Shown here: positions 20,396-29,203 of the stretch, in pieces | Numbering within the stretch: the first letter of the stretch is position 1 | How the letters are laid out: the number at the start of each line of letters is the position of its first letter | DNA from: Pseudomonadales bacterium | GTDB taxonomy: Bacteria; Pseudomonadota; Gammaproteobacteria; Pseudomonadales; M0112 | Assembly: GCA_036568505.1 (NCBI GenBank) | Contig: DATCSK010000003.1 | Coordinates: 11,935-75,934, forward strand | Direction of reading: 5' to 3' | Length of the DNA stretch: 64,000 nt | Translations under genes and position numbers: made by a program | Notes under the pieces: model-generated | Told to the model about the DNA's origin: nothing | What the model saw: only the letters and a program-made list of their open reading frames with translations | The model's database searches: none

Positions 20396-21043
20396 TCAAT
20401 CAAGCCGCGACTGGCCGTAATGGCTACGAAATTGCTCCATGACGGCGTCCATTTCGGTCTGCGTGAGCAGCACCATGTTGCCGGCTTGCTTGGCAAGCAG
20501 GTATTGTGCCGCCAGATTTTCAACTTCAGTCGCCAAGCTCAATGCGCTGTCCAAGTCGGCGCCGGTGGCCATGAGGCCGTGGTTGGCCATGAGGCAAGCT
20601 TTGCGATTGCTGAGTGCCTTCGTCACGGCATGGGCCAGTGCGTCGGTGCCGAAGGTTTCGTACGCGCAGCAAGGGATGTCGTGCCCGCCGGCCACGGCAA
20701 CCATGTAATGAAAGGCCGGAATGCCTTGCCGTGTGCAGGCTAGCGCGGTGGCATGGCGTGGGTGTGCGTGCACCAGTGCCTGAATCTCTGCGTGAGCAGC
20801 ATAAACACCGCGATGCATGCTCCATTCGGTGGATGGCATCAGGCCATCGGCCCATTGATCGTTGGCGTCAACCCGCACTAATTGCTTGGTGGTGAGTTTT
20901 TCATAAGCAATCCCGCTGGGCGTAATTAAAAAACCGTCACCGCAGCGTACGCTGACGTTGCCGGCTTTGCCGTGGTTGAGGCCGCTGCTGTTGAGAGCGC
21001 GTGCGGTGCGTAGCAGGTGTGCGCGTAAGCGGTTTTCGTTCAT
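20396..21043 (-). CDS. Class II aldolase (FucA-like); candidate 5-(methylthio)ribulose-1-phosphate aldolase
   Basis: Strong resemblance to E. coli FucA from memory (GKAGNVSVR, ITPSGIAYEKL, PSTEWSMH, HAHP, IPAFHYMVAVAGG, ANHGL). Its ATG overlaps the mtnA stop (ATGA). Confidence 0.8.
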   Translation of the reverse strand: MNENRLRAHLLRTARALNSSGLNHGKAGNVSVRCGDGFLITPSGIAYEKLTTKQLVRVDANDQWADGLMPSTEWSMHRGVYAAHAEIQALVHAHPRHATALACTRQGIPAFHYMVAVAGGHDIPCCAYETFGTDALAHAVTKALSNRKACLMANHGLMATGADLDSALSLATEVENLAAQYLLAKQAGNMVLLTQTEMDAVMEQFRSHYGQSRLD

Positions 21044-22131
21044 GGCAGCATATCCTGCTGTAATTTTTTCAGCCCATCCTCGGATGCAGCATACACACCC
21101 CACTCGGTAATCAGGCCTGTCACTAAATAATTCGGAGTGACATCAAAGGCTGGATTTGCCACGGCGGTATCCGCCGGATAAATAGCAACACTATGCGGCT
21201 GACCTTGGGCGATGCCGTTGATGTGCGTGATTTCAGTGGCAGCGCGATCTTCAATGGGAATGTCGCTGCCGCGTTCAATGCGCCAGTCGATGGTGCTGGT
21301 GGGCAGGCCCACAAAAAACGGAATGCCGTTGTCGTGCGCGGCCAGCGCTTTCAGATAAGTGCCAATTTTGTTGCACACATCGCCGTGTGCGGTGGTGCGA
21401 TCGGTGCCGACAATGCAGATGTCTACTTCGCCGCGCTGCATTAACAAACCACCGGCATTGTCGGTAATGACGGTATGCGGTACGCCGTGCAGGGCGAGCT
21501 CCATCGCAGTAATCGCCCCTTGATTGCGCGGGCGTGTTTCATCAACCCATACATGCACGGGGATACCGGCATCGTGGGCTTTATAAATGGGGGCGAGTGC
21601 GGTGCCCCAGTCAACGGTGGCAAACCAGCCTGCATTGCAGTGCGTGAGAATATTGAGTCGGGCCTGTCCGGTTTTGCGTTGTTCCCAGTGCTGGCGCAAT
21701 AACTGCAAGCCGTATTCGCCGATCAGTTCGCAGGTGCGTACGTCTTCATCGGCAATGGCGTCGGCCTCTTTTAGGGCTGCACCGTAGCGTTCAGTCTCTG
21801 GCATGGCACTGATGGCATCGTGTAGGCGTTCCAGCGCCCAGCGCAGGTTGACCGCGGTGGGGCGTGTTTCAAGCAGTTGCGAGAACGCGGTTTCGATGGC
21901 AGCGGTTGAGGGGTCGTGGCGAATGGCCAGCGCAAAACCGTAAGCGGCCACGGCGCCAATGAGTGGTGCGCCACGCACGCGCATGGTGACAATGGCTTCG
22001 GCGACATCCTCGGGTGTGGATAGGCTGATCCATTGCAGCCGATGGGGCAGCACGGTTTGATCAAGGATGTGAATGCAGGCTTCGGCTGCATCAAAGCGCA
22101 CGGAGCGGTGCCAGGTATCGCCAATTTTCAC
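21040..22131 (-). CDS. mtnA: S-methyl-5-thioribose-1-phosphate isomerase
   Basis: ILDQTVLP, MRVRGAPLIGA, NILTHCNAG, VDETRP.NQG, VGTDR motifs; 363 aa. Confidence 0.9.
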   Translation of the reverse strand: MKIGDTWHRSVRFDAAEACIHILDQTVLPHRLQWISLSTPEDVAEAIVTMRVRGAPLIGAVAAYGFALAIRHDPSTAAIETAFSQLLETRPTAVNLRWALERLHDAISAMPETERYGAALKEADAIADEDVRTCELIGEYGLQLLRQHWEQRKTGQARLNILTHCNAGWFATVDWGTALAPIYKAHDAGIPVHVWVDETRPRNQGAITAMELALHGVPHTVITDNAGGLLMQRGEVDICIVGTDRTTAHGDVCNKIGTYLKALAAHDNGIPFFVGLPTSTIDWRIERGSDIPIEDRAATEITHINGIAQGQPHSVAIYPADTAVANPAFDVTPNYLVTGLITEWGVYAASEDGLKKLQQDMLP

Positions 22132-22191
22132 GCCAGGCTCCAGATAATGAGACAGGCGCTATTGTAACGTGGCTCGGGTCTTGGTGGTGGC

Positions 22192-23250
22192 TCAGGCAGT
22201 ATGCGTAAGGGGTTGCGATAAAAGCGGTACGCCAAAGCCGGTTTTTGACCAGAGCGCTTCTGACAGGGTGCCGGGGTCGTGCCAATTGCCTGCCAGCAAC
22301 CAGTCGGCAACCGCGCTGGCGACATCAGGGTAGTGCAGGCGAGCGCCGGGAGGCTGCGCTAGCCACGGGGTCAGGGTGTTGCGATCCAGTGTTGGCATGA
22401 TGGTGGCCAAATCCAGTTCATCCAGTGCGCAGGCATTCGAGAGTTGCTCCATCTGGCCGTGCAGGGGTTTGCTGAGGATTTTCTTGCCCAGCTGCAAGGC
22501 TTCACTGATCAATTCAAAGCCGGTATTGCAGATCACTCCGTCGCAGGCAGCCAGTTGTGACTGGAAATAATCACGCGATAGCGGGTTTACCTCAATATGG
22601 CTCCACTCGCTGGTGATCGGTTCTGGCGAGAACACGGCAAAACGCTGCGCCGGAAACTGGCTGAACAGTTCGCAGACGGTGCGGGTGTCCTCAAACGGTA
22701 AATACACCACGATGGTGTGGTTGGATGCCGTGGGCTGATGCGGCTCAAACAGCGGTGGCAGTATGGGCTGGTTAAAATGGTGCCAATGAAAGCCCAGTGC
22801 AATATCCACGGGGGCAAAATAGCGCATGATGCTGCTGGCAAGCGGGTTGTTGCCGGCTTTGGGAATGTCGTAGTGAAACGCGTATTGGTGACCAGCGCCA
22901 ATCACGGTTTTTTGGGCGCGTTTACCGGCCCATGCGGTGACCGGTTCAAAGTCGGTCAGGATGACGTCATAAGGCGCCAGATCCAGTTCCCGTACATCAC
23001 GCAGGAACTGCATTGGCCGTAAATGCCGTGCGGTGTCCAGAATATCAACACGGCCCCTGTTGACGATAAAGGTCAGCCCTGCACGATGGCGGTAATCACC
23101 AAAACAAGCCATGTCGAAAAAGGCATCCGGGTCGCGGCCGCTGAACAGGTAGTCGACAGTGATATTGCGAGTCTTGAAGGCGCGCTGCATGGTGCGTGCG
23201 CGCGTGACATGACCGTTACCGGTGCCTTGCACGCCGTAGAGGATGCGCAT
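22192..23250 (-). CDS. Glycosyltransferase, MJ1255/TIGR00661-like (GT-B fold)
   Basis: MRILYGVQGTGNGHVTRARTM N-terminus and the C-terminal GFELISEALQLGKKIL.KP..GQ.EQ motif. Confidence 0.75.
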   Translation of the reverse strand: MRILYGVQGTGNGHVTRARTMQRAFKTRNITVDYLFSGRDPDAFFDMACFGDYRHRAGLTFIVNRGRVDILDTARHLRPMQFLRDVRELDLAPYDVILTDFEPVTAWAGKRAQKTVIGAGHQYAFHYDIPKAGNNPLASSIMRYFAPVDIALGFHWHHFNQPILPPLFEPHQPTASNHTIVVYLPFEDTRTVCELFSQFPAQRFAVFSPEPITSEWSHIEVNPLSRDYFQSQLAACDGVICNTGFELISEALQLGKKILSKPLHGQMEQLSNACALDELDLATIMPTLDRNTLTPWLAQPPGARLHYPDVASAVADWLLAGNWHDPGTLSEALWSKTGFGVPLLSQPLTHTA

Positions 23251-23789
23251 CAGCTAACCCACAGGCAGGCGAGCCAGGCACATACGGTGCCCATCACACT
23301 GCCAGCCACAATATCACCGGGAAAATGCACACCCAGCAGTACCCGTGAACAACCCACGGCAATGGCCCGGGGCATCAACCACGGATACAGGGCGGGGTAA
23401 TGCAGGCCAATCGCGTAGAGAAACAGGAAGGCTCCCGAGGTGTGCCCTGACGGAAAACTGAAACGATCCGACGGCACAATACGCATTTGCCAGCCCGCAA
23501 TCGCCTCGCCCGGGCGACGACGGCGAATGCTGTTTTTCAGCAGCCAGTACAGGCTGCGCTCTATGGCATAACCGCAAGCCAGTGTGGTGGCAAAGGCCTG
23601 TCCGTGCAGTGGTTCCAGCCACAGGCACAACAGGCCAATCACGGCATAGGGAACGCCTGAGCCACTGTGCGACAAGGCCAGCGCCAGATAATGGAGTGAC
23701 CGGCGATCAGTCATGACGCGGTTCAGCCAGAGGAACAATCGGGTGTCGATGCGGTGTAGCGGCTGTAGCCATTGCAAGGTTCTTTTCAT
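23250..23789 (-). CDS. PAP2 family lipid phosphatase
   Basis: KNSIRRRRP, PSGHTS and SRVLLGVHFPGD motifs in a membrane protein. Its stop overlaps the glycosyltransferase start by 1 nt. Confidence 0.8.
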   Translation of the reverse strand: MKRTLQWLQPLHRIDTRLFLWLNRVMTDRRSLHYLALALSHSGSGVPYAVIGLLCLWLEPLHGQAFATTLACGYAIERSLYWLLKNSIRRRRPGEAIAGWQMRIVPSDRFSFPSGHTSGAFLFLYAIGLHYPALYPWLMPRAIAVGCSRVLLGVHFPGDIVAGSVMGTVCAWLACLWVS

Positions 23790-23911
23790 GCCGCCATGGT
23801 GCGATGGGCAGATGAATCATCCGTAACGCTTTTATGAATATTTCATGACGGCCGGCAAGCTTGCTGGTGTAGAGTAGGGCTCTTTCCAATCAGCAAAAAC
23901 AGGGGGGATGT

Positions 23912-24682
23912 ATGGGACGTGTCAGCGGCAAAGTGGCCATTGTGACCGGCGGTGCCAGTGGTATGGGTAAGGCCGATGCCATCACCTTGGCGCGCGAAGG
24001 CGCGAAAGTGATGATCACCGATTTGAACGAAGCCGCAGGGAAGGCGGTGGCCGCCGAGATTGGCGATGCCGCACAATTCATGCGTCACGATGTCAGTAAT
24101 GAGGCTGAATGGCAGGCAGTCATCGAGGCCACCTTAAAAGCCTTCGGCAGGCTCGATATCCTGGTGAACAATGCCGGAGTGATGAAAATCGGCACCATTG
24201 AAGACACCACCCTAGAAGACTGGCAATTCATCAATCGCGTGAACAGCGATGGTGTGTTCTTGGGTTGCAAGCATGCCATCCCGGCGATGGAAAAATCCGG
24301 TGGTGGTTCCATTATCAATATGTCATCGATTTCAGCCATGCAGGGCATGCCGTTTATTGCGGCCTACAGTGCCAGCAAAGGCGCGGTACGCGGCTTGACC
24401 AAGCACGTGGCGGTGTATTGCAAGGTCAAGAAAAATAATATCCGTTGCAACTCCTTGCACCCGGATGGCGTGAAAACACCGATGATCGTCAAAGTGGCCA
24501 CCGGAAAAGACACGGCCACACAAGCCGATATCGACGCGTTGGACTCACCGGATTACCCGATGGCCGATACGCAAGATATTGCGAATCTGGTGTTGTTTTT
24601 AGCATCCGATGAATCCAGTTTCATTACCGGTGCTGAATTGATGATTGATAACGCAGCCAGTATTACGCCGAAATCCGCTTGA
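23912..24682 (+). CDS. Short-chain dehydrogenase/reductase (classical SDR)
   Basis: TGGASGMG, NNAG, and YSASKGA motifs. Confidence 0.88.
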   Translation: MGRVSGKVAIVTGGASGMGKADAITLAREGAKVMITDLNEAAGKAVAAEIGDAAQFMRHDVSNEAEWQAVIEATLKAFGRLDILVNNAGVMKIGTIEDTTLEDWQFINRVNSDGVFLGCKHAIPAMEKSGGGSIINMSSISAMQGMPFIAAYSASKGAVRGLTKHVAVYCKVKKNNIRCNSLHPDGVKTPMIVKVATGKDTATQADIDALDSPDYPMADTQDIANLVLFLASDESSFITGAELMIDNAASITPKSA

Positions 24683-24701
24683 TGGCGTGAACGTTGTATC
24701 G

Positions 24702-24729
24702 ATGGGCCCTGCGGGGCCCATTTCTTTTG
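24702..24729 (+). terminator. Rho-independent terminator after the SDR gene
   Basis: ATGGGCCCtgcgGGGCCCATttcttttg. Confidence 0.6.
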
Positions 24730-24763
24730 CCATTTCGTGCGTTAAACCGGTTACAGTGTGCTC

Positions 24764-25750
24764 ATGAAAAACACACAGCACCCCTTTGAGACCCTGACAC
24801 CGAGCTTCGTGATGGATGCCATCGAGTCCTTGGGCTATGTCTGTGACGGGCGCATTTTCGCGTTGAATAGCTATGAAAACCGCGTCTATCAAGTGGGCAT
24901 TGAAGATGCCGAGCCGTTGATTGCCAAATTTTATCGCCCCGATCGCTGGAGCGAAGCACAAATCATCGAAGAGCATCGTTTTTCAATTGAATTGCTGGAG
25001 CATGAGTTACCCGTCGTGGCACCGCTGTGCCGTGACGGGCAAAGCCTGTTTGATTGGCACGGTTTTCATTTTGCGTTATTCCCGCGGCAAGGTGGCCATG
25101 CGCCTGAGTTAAGTAACCCGGATGTGCTGTTGGTGTTGGGCCGTGCGTTGGGACGCATGCATCAAGTCGGCGCGGCCAGTGACTTCCAGTATCGTCCAAC
25201 ACTCAATAGTGCGAACTTTGGCCACGAGAGCGTAGCGTATATTCGCGAGCACTGTATGCCACAAGAGCTGGATGCCGCGTATCGATCACTCACCGATGAT
25301 TTATTAAAGCGCATTGATGATGTGTTTTTGCAGCACGGCGAGGGTATTCCATTCATTCGTGTGCACGGCGATTGCCATGCCGGCAATATGCTGTGGCGAA
25401 ACCATGCGCCGCATTTTGTCGATCTGGATGACGCGCGCATGGCGCCGGCAGTGCAGGATATCTGGATGCTGTTATCGGGCGACCGCGCGGAACAAACATT
25501 ACAGCTGTCGGAAATCATCGCAGGGTATAACGAATTTGCCGATTTTAATCCGCGTGAATTGCAGTTGATCGAGTCATTGCGCACGCTGCGCATGATGCAT
25601 TACAGCGCGTGGCTGGCACGTCGCCGTGAAGATCCGGCCTTTCCGCGGGCCTTCCCCTGGTTTTATTCAGCCCGTTATTGGGGTGACCATATTCTGGAAT
25701 TGCGGGAGCAGTTATCGGCCTTGCAAGAGCCGGCCATGCCGTTGCTATAA
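24764..25750 (+). CDS. srkA: Stress response serine/threonine kinase SrkA (YihE/RdoA)
   Basis: LNSYENRVYQV, KFYRPDRWS, HGDCHAGNMLW and VDLDDARMAPAVQDIWML are all close to E. coli YihE as recalled. Confidence 0.85.
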   Translation: MKNTQHPFETLTPSFVMDAIESLGYVCDGRIFALNSYENRVYQVGIEDAEPLIAKFYRPDRWSEAQIIEEHRFSIELLEHELPVVAPLCRDGQSLFDWHGFHFALFPRQGGHAPELSNPDVLLVLGRALGRMHQVGAASDFQYRPTLNSANFGHESVAYIREHCMPQELDAAYRSLTDDLLKRIDDVFLQHGEGIPFIRVHGDCHAGNMLWRNHAPHFVDLDDARMAPAVQDIWMLLSGDRAEQTLQLSEIIAGYNEFADFNPRELQLIESLRTLRMMHYSAWLARRREDPAFPRAFPWFYSARYWGDHILELREQLSALQEPAMPLL

Positions 25751-25813
25751 CACGGTTTGCTTGGGTAAACTGGCCCGATCGGTTTTCAATAAAAAAGAAG
25801 CAAGGAGCATGCA

Positions 25814-26254
25814 ATGCTGAAGGAATTTAAAGAATTTGCGGTCAAAGGTAACGTCGTTGATATGGCCGTGGGCATCATTATTGGCGGTGCGTTCGGTACC
25901 ATTGTAAAGAGTCTGGTCTCCGATGTGCTCATGCCGCCTATCGGATTGTTATTGGGCGGCGTGGACTTTTCTGAATTATTCCTCGTGCTCAAGGGCGATG
26001 GCAGTTTCAATACCGTGGCAGAAGCCGCCAGCGCCGGCGCGGTCACCATTAATTACGGATTGTTCCTGAATAATGTCATCAGCTTTGTGATTGTCGCTTT
26101 TGCAGTTTTCTTGCTAGTGAAAAGTATTAATCGCCTGAAAAAACAGGAAGCAGAAAAGCCGGCTGAAGTGACGACAAAAGATTGTCCGCGCTGTTATTCC
26201 TCGGTGGCATTAAAAGCAACGCGTTGCCCGCATTGCACATCGGATATTGCTTGA
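25814..26254 (+). CDS. mscL: Large-conductance mechanosensitive channel with a C-terminal CxxC...CxxC tail
   Basis: [26 protein letters not shown]..., [15 protein letters not shown]. The C-terminus is [24 protein letters not shown]. Confidence 0.9.
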   Translation: MLKEFKEFAVKGNVVDMAVGIIIGGAFGTIVKSLVSDVLMPPIGLLLGGVDFSELFLVLKGDGSFNTVAEAASAGAVTINYGLFLNNVISFVIVAFAVFLLVKSINRLKKQEAEKPAEVTTKDCPRCYSSVALKATRCPHCTSDIA

Positions 26255-26267
26255 ACCCTGGTGATGT

Positions 26268-26299
26268 AAAAGCCGCCTTCGGGCGGCTTTTACGTTTTT
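26268..26299. terminator. Rho-independent terminator between convergent mscL and the OsmC-like gene
   Basis: aaaaGCCGCCttcgGGCGGCttttacgttttt. Confidence 0.65.
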
Positions 26300-26790
26300 G
26301 GGGTGTCGCTTTTGCAGTCGGCCAGTTTGCGTGCATCATCCATCGGCATCACGGGTTTGACCGCGACAAGGCTGTTCAAGCTGTTAGCGACAAAACAATT
26401 GCGGTGCGCCGCATCGTGCAGCTCATTCAGTTCGCAGGCGCTCGGTGCTTTGCCTGCAAACCGAGTGCGTGGTCGTAAAGTGATGTGCGTGACGGCGATG
26501 CGGCCGGCATCATTTTTGGCGAGTACCCCGTAAGGGGTGTCGTCGTACGCGGTCAATACAAAGCCGGCTTTCGCGGTCAGCGCCAGAAAGGTCAACATGT
26601 GGCAGCTGGCGACGCTGGCGACCAGGCCTTGTTCGGGGTTGATGCAGGCGGGATCGCCCGCGTATTTCACCGCAGCGGATACCGGCACGTCCACGCCGTT
26701 GCTGAACTGCCAGTGGTGATTGCGGGTGTAGGTTTTGCTGTCAAAATCATCACGGGTGTTGTTCCAGCTGATGCGAATACCATCGTCCAT
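26290..26790 (-). CDS. OsmC/Ohr family protein
   Basis: PEQGLVASVASCHMLTFL... and ...AAHRNCFVANSL carry the two conserved Cys in OsmC-like spacing. Start taken at MDDGI. Confidence 0.7.
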   Translation of the reverse strand: MDDGIRISWNNTRDDFDSKTYTRNHHWQFSNGVDVPVSAAVKYAGDPACINPEQGLVASVASCHMLTFLALTAKAGFVLTAYDDTPYGVLAKNDAGRIAVTHITLRPRTRFAGKAPSACELNELHDAAHRNCFVANSLNSLVAVKPVMPMDDARKLADCKSDTPKT

Positions 26791-26866
26791 GCGTTTATTC
26801 CTCACGGTGACTTTCAGTTATTCTAGTTGGCTATTGAGACAGGTGTTTGATGCAGGACAGGATGCC

Positions 26867-27220
26867 ATGAAATCTTCCAGAACCGGTGTTGTGTATTCTA
26901 CTGACAATGGCCGTATGTGCCCGGATTGCGGCAAGGCGAAAGCCGATTGTGCCTGTCGGCCACCGGTGGCGCAGGCCGGTACCGGGCCGGTGTACCTCAG
27001 CTGTGAAACCAAGGGCCGTAAAGGTGCCGGTGTTACCTTGATCAGCGGTGTGCCGTTGGCCGGTGATGCATTGACGGCGCTGGCCAAGTCGTTAAAACAG
27101 CGTTGCTGTGTGGGGGGTGCCGTTAAAGACGGCATCATTGAATTGCAAGGCGATCAGCGCGACAAGATCGAGCAGGCGCTCAAGCCGCATGGCTGGGTCA
27201 TCAAGCGCAAAGGAGGTTGA
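26867..27220 (+). CDS. yciH: Translation initiation factor SUI1-like protein YciH
   Basis: CPDCGKAKADCAC, followed by RKGAGVTLISGV...LAKSLKQRCCVGGAVKDGIIELQGDQRDKI. Confidence 0.85.
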   Translation: MKSSRTGVVYSTDNGRMCPDCGKAKADCACRPPVAQAGTGPVYLSCETKGRKGAGVTLISGVPLAGDALTALAKSLKQRCCVGGAVKDGIIELQGDQRDKIEQALKPHGWVIKRKGG

Positions 27221-27221
27221 T

Positions 27222-27860
27222 GTGGGTTTTTATAGCGAGCGCGTTTTGCCGGCCTGCATCAATTGCGCCTGCGGTACTGCGGTGATTAATGCGCAGCGGC
27301 AAAAAATTGTGCCGCTGGCGCGCGGGCGTGTGTTGGAAGTCGGTATGGGCTCGGCGCTGAATTTGCCGTTTTATAATCGCGATGCGGTGGAGTGGGTGTG
27401 GGGGCTGGAGCCCTCTGCAGGCATGCGTCGACAAGCACAAAAACATCTGGCGGCATCATCGTTGGATGTGCGTTGGCTGGAGTTGCCGGGCGAGAGCATT
27501 CCGTTAGACGATCACTCGGTGGATACCGTGTTGCTCACGTTTACCTTATGCACGATTCCGGACTGGGCTGCTGCCTTGCAGCAAATGCGACGCGTGCTGA
27601 AACCCGATGGGCAATTGCTGTTTTGTGAGCATGGCTTGGCTCCGGATGCATCGGTGCAGCGGTGGCAGCATCGCATCAATCCGCTGTGGAAAGTACTGTG
27701 CGGCGGCTGCAATCTGAACCGACCCATCACCGAGGGTTTGCAGCAAGCCGGGTTTACGATCGCGGTGCTTGAAGCTGACTATATGCCCGAAACGCCGCGT
27801 TTTGTCGGTTATAACTATCGGGGCGTGGCGACCCATAGCGGCATGGATCAAACACCATGA
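27222..27860 (+). CDS. Class I SAM-dependent methyltransferase
   Basis: VLEVGMGSALNLPFY (motif I) and LKPDGQLLFCEHG. GTG at 27222 lies 5 nt after AGGAGG. Its stop overlaps the arfB ATG (ATGA). Confidence 0.78.
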   Translation: MGFYSERVLPACINCACGTAVINAQRQKIVPLARGRVLEVGMGSALNLPFYNRDAVEWVWGLEPSAGMRRQAQKHLAASSLDVRWLELPGESIPLDDHSVDTVLLTFTLCTIPDWAAALQQMRRVLKPDGQLLFCEHGLAPDASVQRWQHRINPLWKVLCGGCNLNRPITEGLQQAGFTIAVLEADYMPETPRFVGYNYRGVATHSGMDQTP

Positions 27861-28270
27861 TTGAGGTGGCTCCCGGCATTGGCATTCCCGAGCATGAAGT
27901 GGAATGGCATGCCATGCGCGCGCAAGGCGCGGGAGGGCAAAACGTCAACAAGGTGTCGAGTGCAGTGCATTTGCGATTCGATATTCGCGCCTCGTCATTG
28001 CCGGAGGCGTGCAAAACGCGATTGTTGGCGATGGCCGATAGCCGTATTCGCGATGACGGCGTGATCGTTATCAAAGCGCAGCAATTTCGCAGTCAGATGA
28101 AAAACCGCGAGGACGCTTGTGCGCGACTGGCTGAATTGGTGCGCGGGGCGTTGCTGGTGCGCAAATCCAGAAGGCCATCGGTGCCGTCGAAATCGGCTCG
28201 AAAAAAGCGTACCGACAGCAAGGTCCTGCGCGGCCGCACCAAGGCCTTGCGTGGCAAGGTGGACTTATAA
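27857..28270 (+). CDS. arfB: Ribosome rescue peptidyl-tRNA hydrolase ArfB (YaeJ)
   Basis: RAQGAGGQNVNKVSSAVHLRFD (GGQ motif) and a basic C-terminal tail KSARKKRTDSKVLRGRTKALRGKV. Confidence 0.9.
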   Translation: MIEVAPGIGIPEHEVEWHAMRAQGAGGQNVNKVSSAVHLRFDIRASSLPEACKTRLLAMADSRIRDDGVIVIKAQQFRSQMKNREDACARLAELVRGALLVRKSRRPSVPSKSARKKRTDSKVLRGRTKALRGKVDL

Positions 28271-28427
28271 GCCATTGTTTTAATTAAAAAATCGGTTTTA
28301 TTTGCCGGCGAATGATCCAATGCGGAGCTTTTGCCGTATCCCTTGTTAAGACGCGACGGGAACTATTCATCGGCTCGCGCTGTCTTATGAACAAGGATTC
28401 ACCTCCCCATCCAGAAATTCCCCTTGT

Positions 28428-28453
28428 GCCGGGCTCGTCCCGGCTTTTTTTTT
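28428..28453 (+). terminator. Rho-independent terminator-like hairpin, 36 nt upstream of the next start codon
   Basis: GCCGGGctcgtCCCGGCttttttttt. Confidence 0.6.
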
Positions 28454-28489
28454 GCCGCTATACTGTCGCCTTCGCGTAGGGGGCAATGC

Positions 28490-29200
28490 ATGGAAAAGCT
28501 GGCGTATATTCTTTGGCGGCCCGAGGGCGTGGCTGAAACCATGTTTCGTCAGCGGCTGACCGGTGCCGTCACGCAGCGTCTGATGGATGCCGGTGCCTTG
28601 GGTGTACAGATCAACGTGGTGGATGATGCGGTGCGTCCTGCCGATAAAACACGGCAAGTGAACAGCACGCCGGCGGCCGATGCCATGGCGTTTATCTGGG
28701 TGCGCTCGGCCATTGAGTCGCCGCGCTTGGAGCGCATTCTGCTGGAGGCTTCGCGCGGGCTTGCCGGCTATCTGGTCACGGAGTCCGAGCCGATTGCCAA
28801 CACCAAGCACATCAGCGAACCCGGTCAGCGTACTCCCGGTTACAGTCAGGTCGTGTTTTTGCAAAAACCCCATCGCATGACCTACGAAGGCTGGCTGGAT
28901 TACTGGCTAAAGCAGCACACCAAAGTCGCGATCGAAACCCAATCGAATTTCCGCTATGTGCAAAACGTGATCGTGCGTGCGCTCACTTGTGCAGCGCCAG
29001 CGTGGGATGCGATTGTCGAAGAATGTTTTCCGGCCGAAGCGATGACCAATCCGATGGCGTTTTTTAATGCCAAGGATGACGAGGAAAAGTTCCGGAAGAA
29101 TCAGCAGGCGATGATTGAAAGCTGTATGAAGTTTATCGATTTCGATCGCATGAATGTGATTCCGACCAGCGAATATGCACTCAAGAAGCGCAATATCTGA
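28490..29200 (+). CDS. EthD-like domain protein (two repeats)
   Basis: MEKLAYILWRPEG... and ...MTYEGWLDYWLKQHTKVAIE...YVQNV resemble the EthD pattern. The assignment is tentative. Confidence 0.5.
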   Translation: MEKLAYILWRPEGVAETMFRQRLTGAVTQRLMDAGALGVQINVVDDAVRPADKTRQVNSTPAADAMAFIWVRSAIESPRLERILLEASRGLAGYLVTESEPIANTKHISEPGQRTPGYSQVVFLQKPHRMTYEGWLDYWLKQHTKVAIETQSNFRYVQNVIVRALTCAAPAWDAIVEECFPAEAMTNPMAFFNAKDDEEKFRKNQQAMIESCMKFIDFDRMNVIPTSEYALKKRNI

Positions 29201-29203
29201 GTA

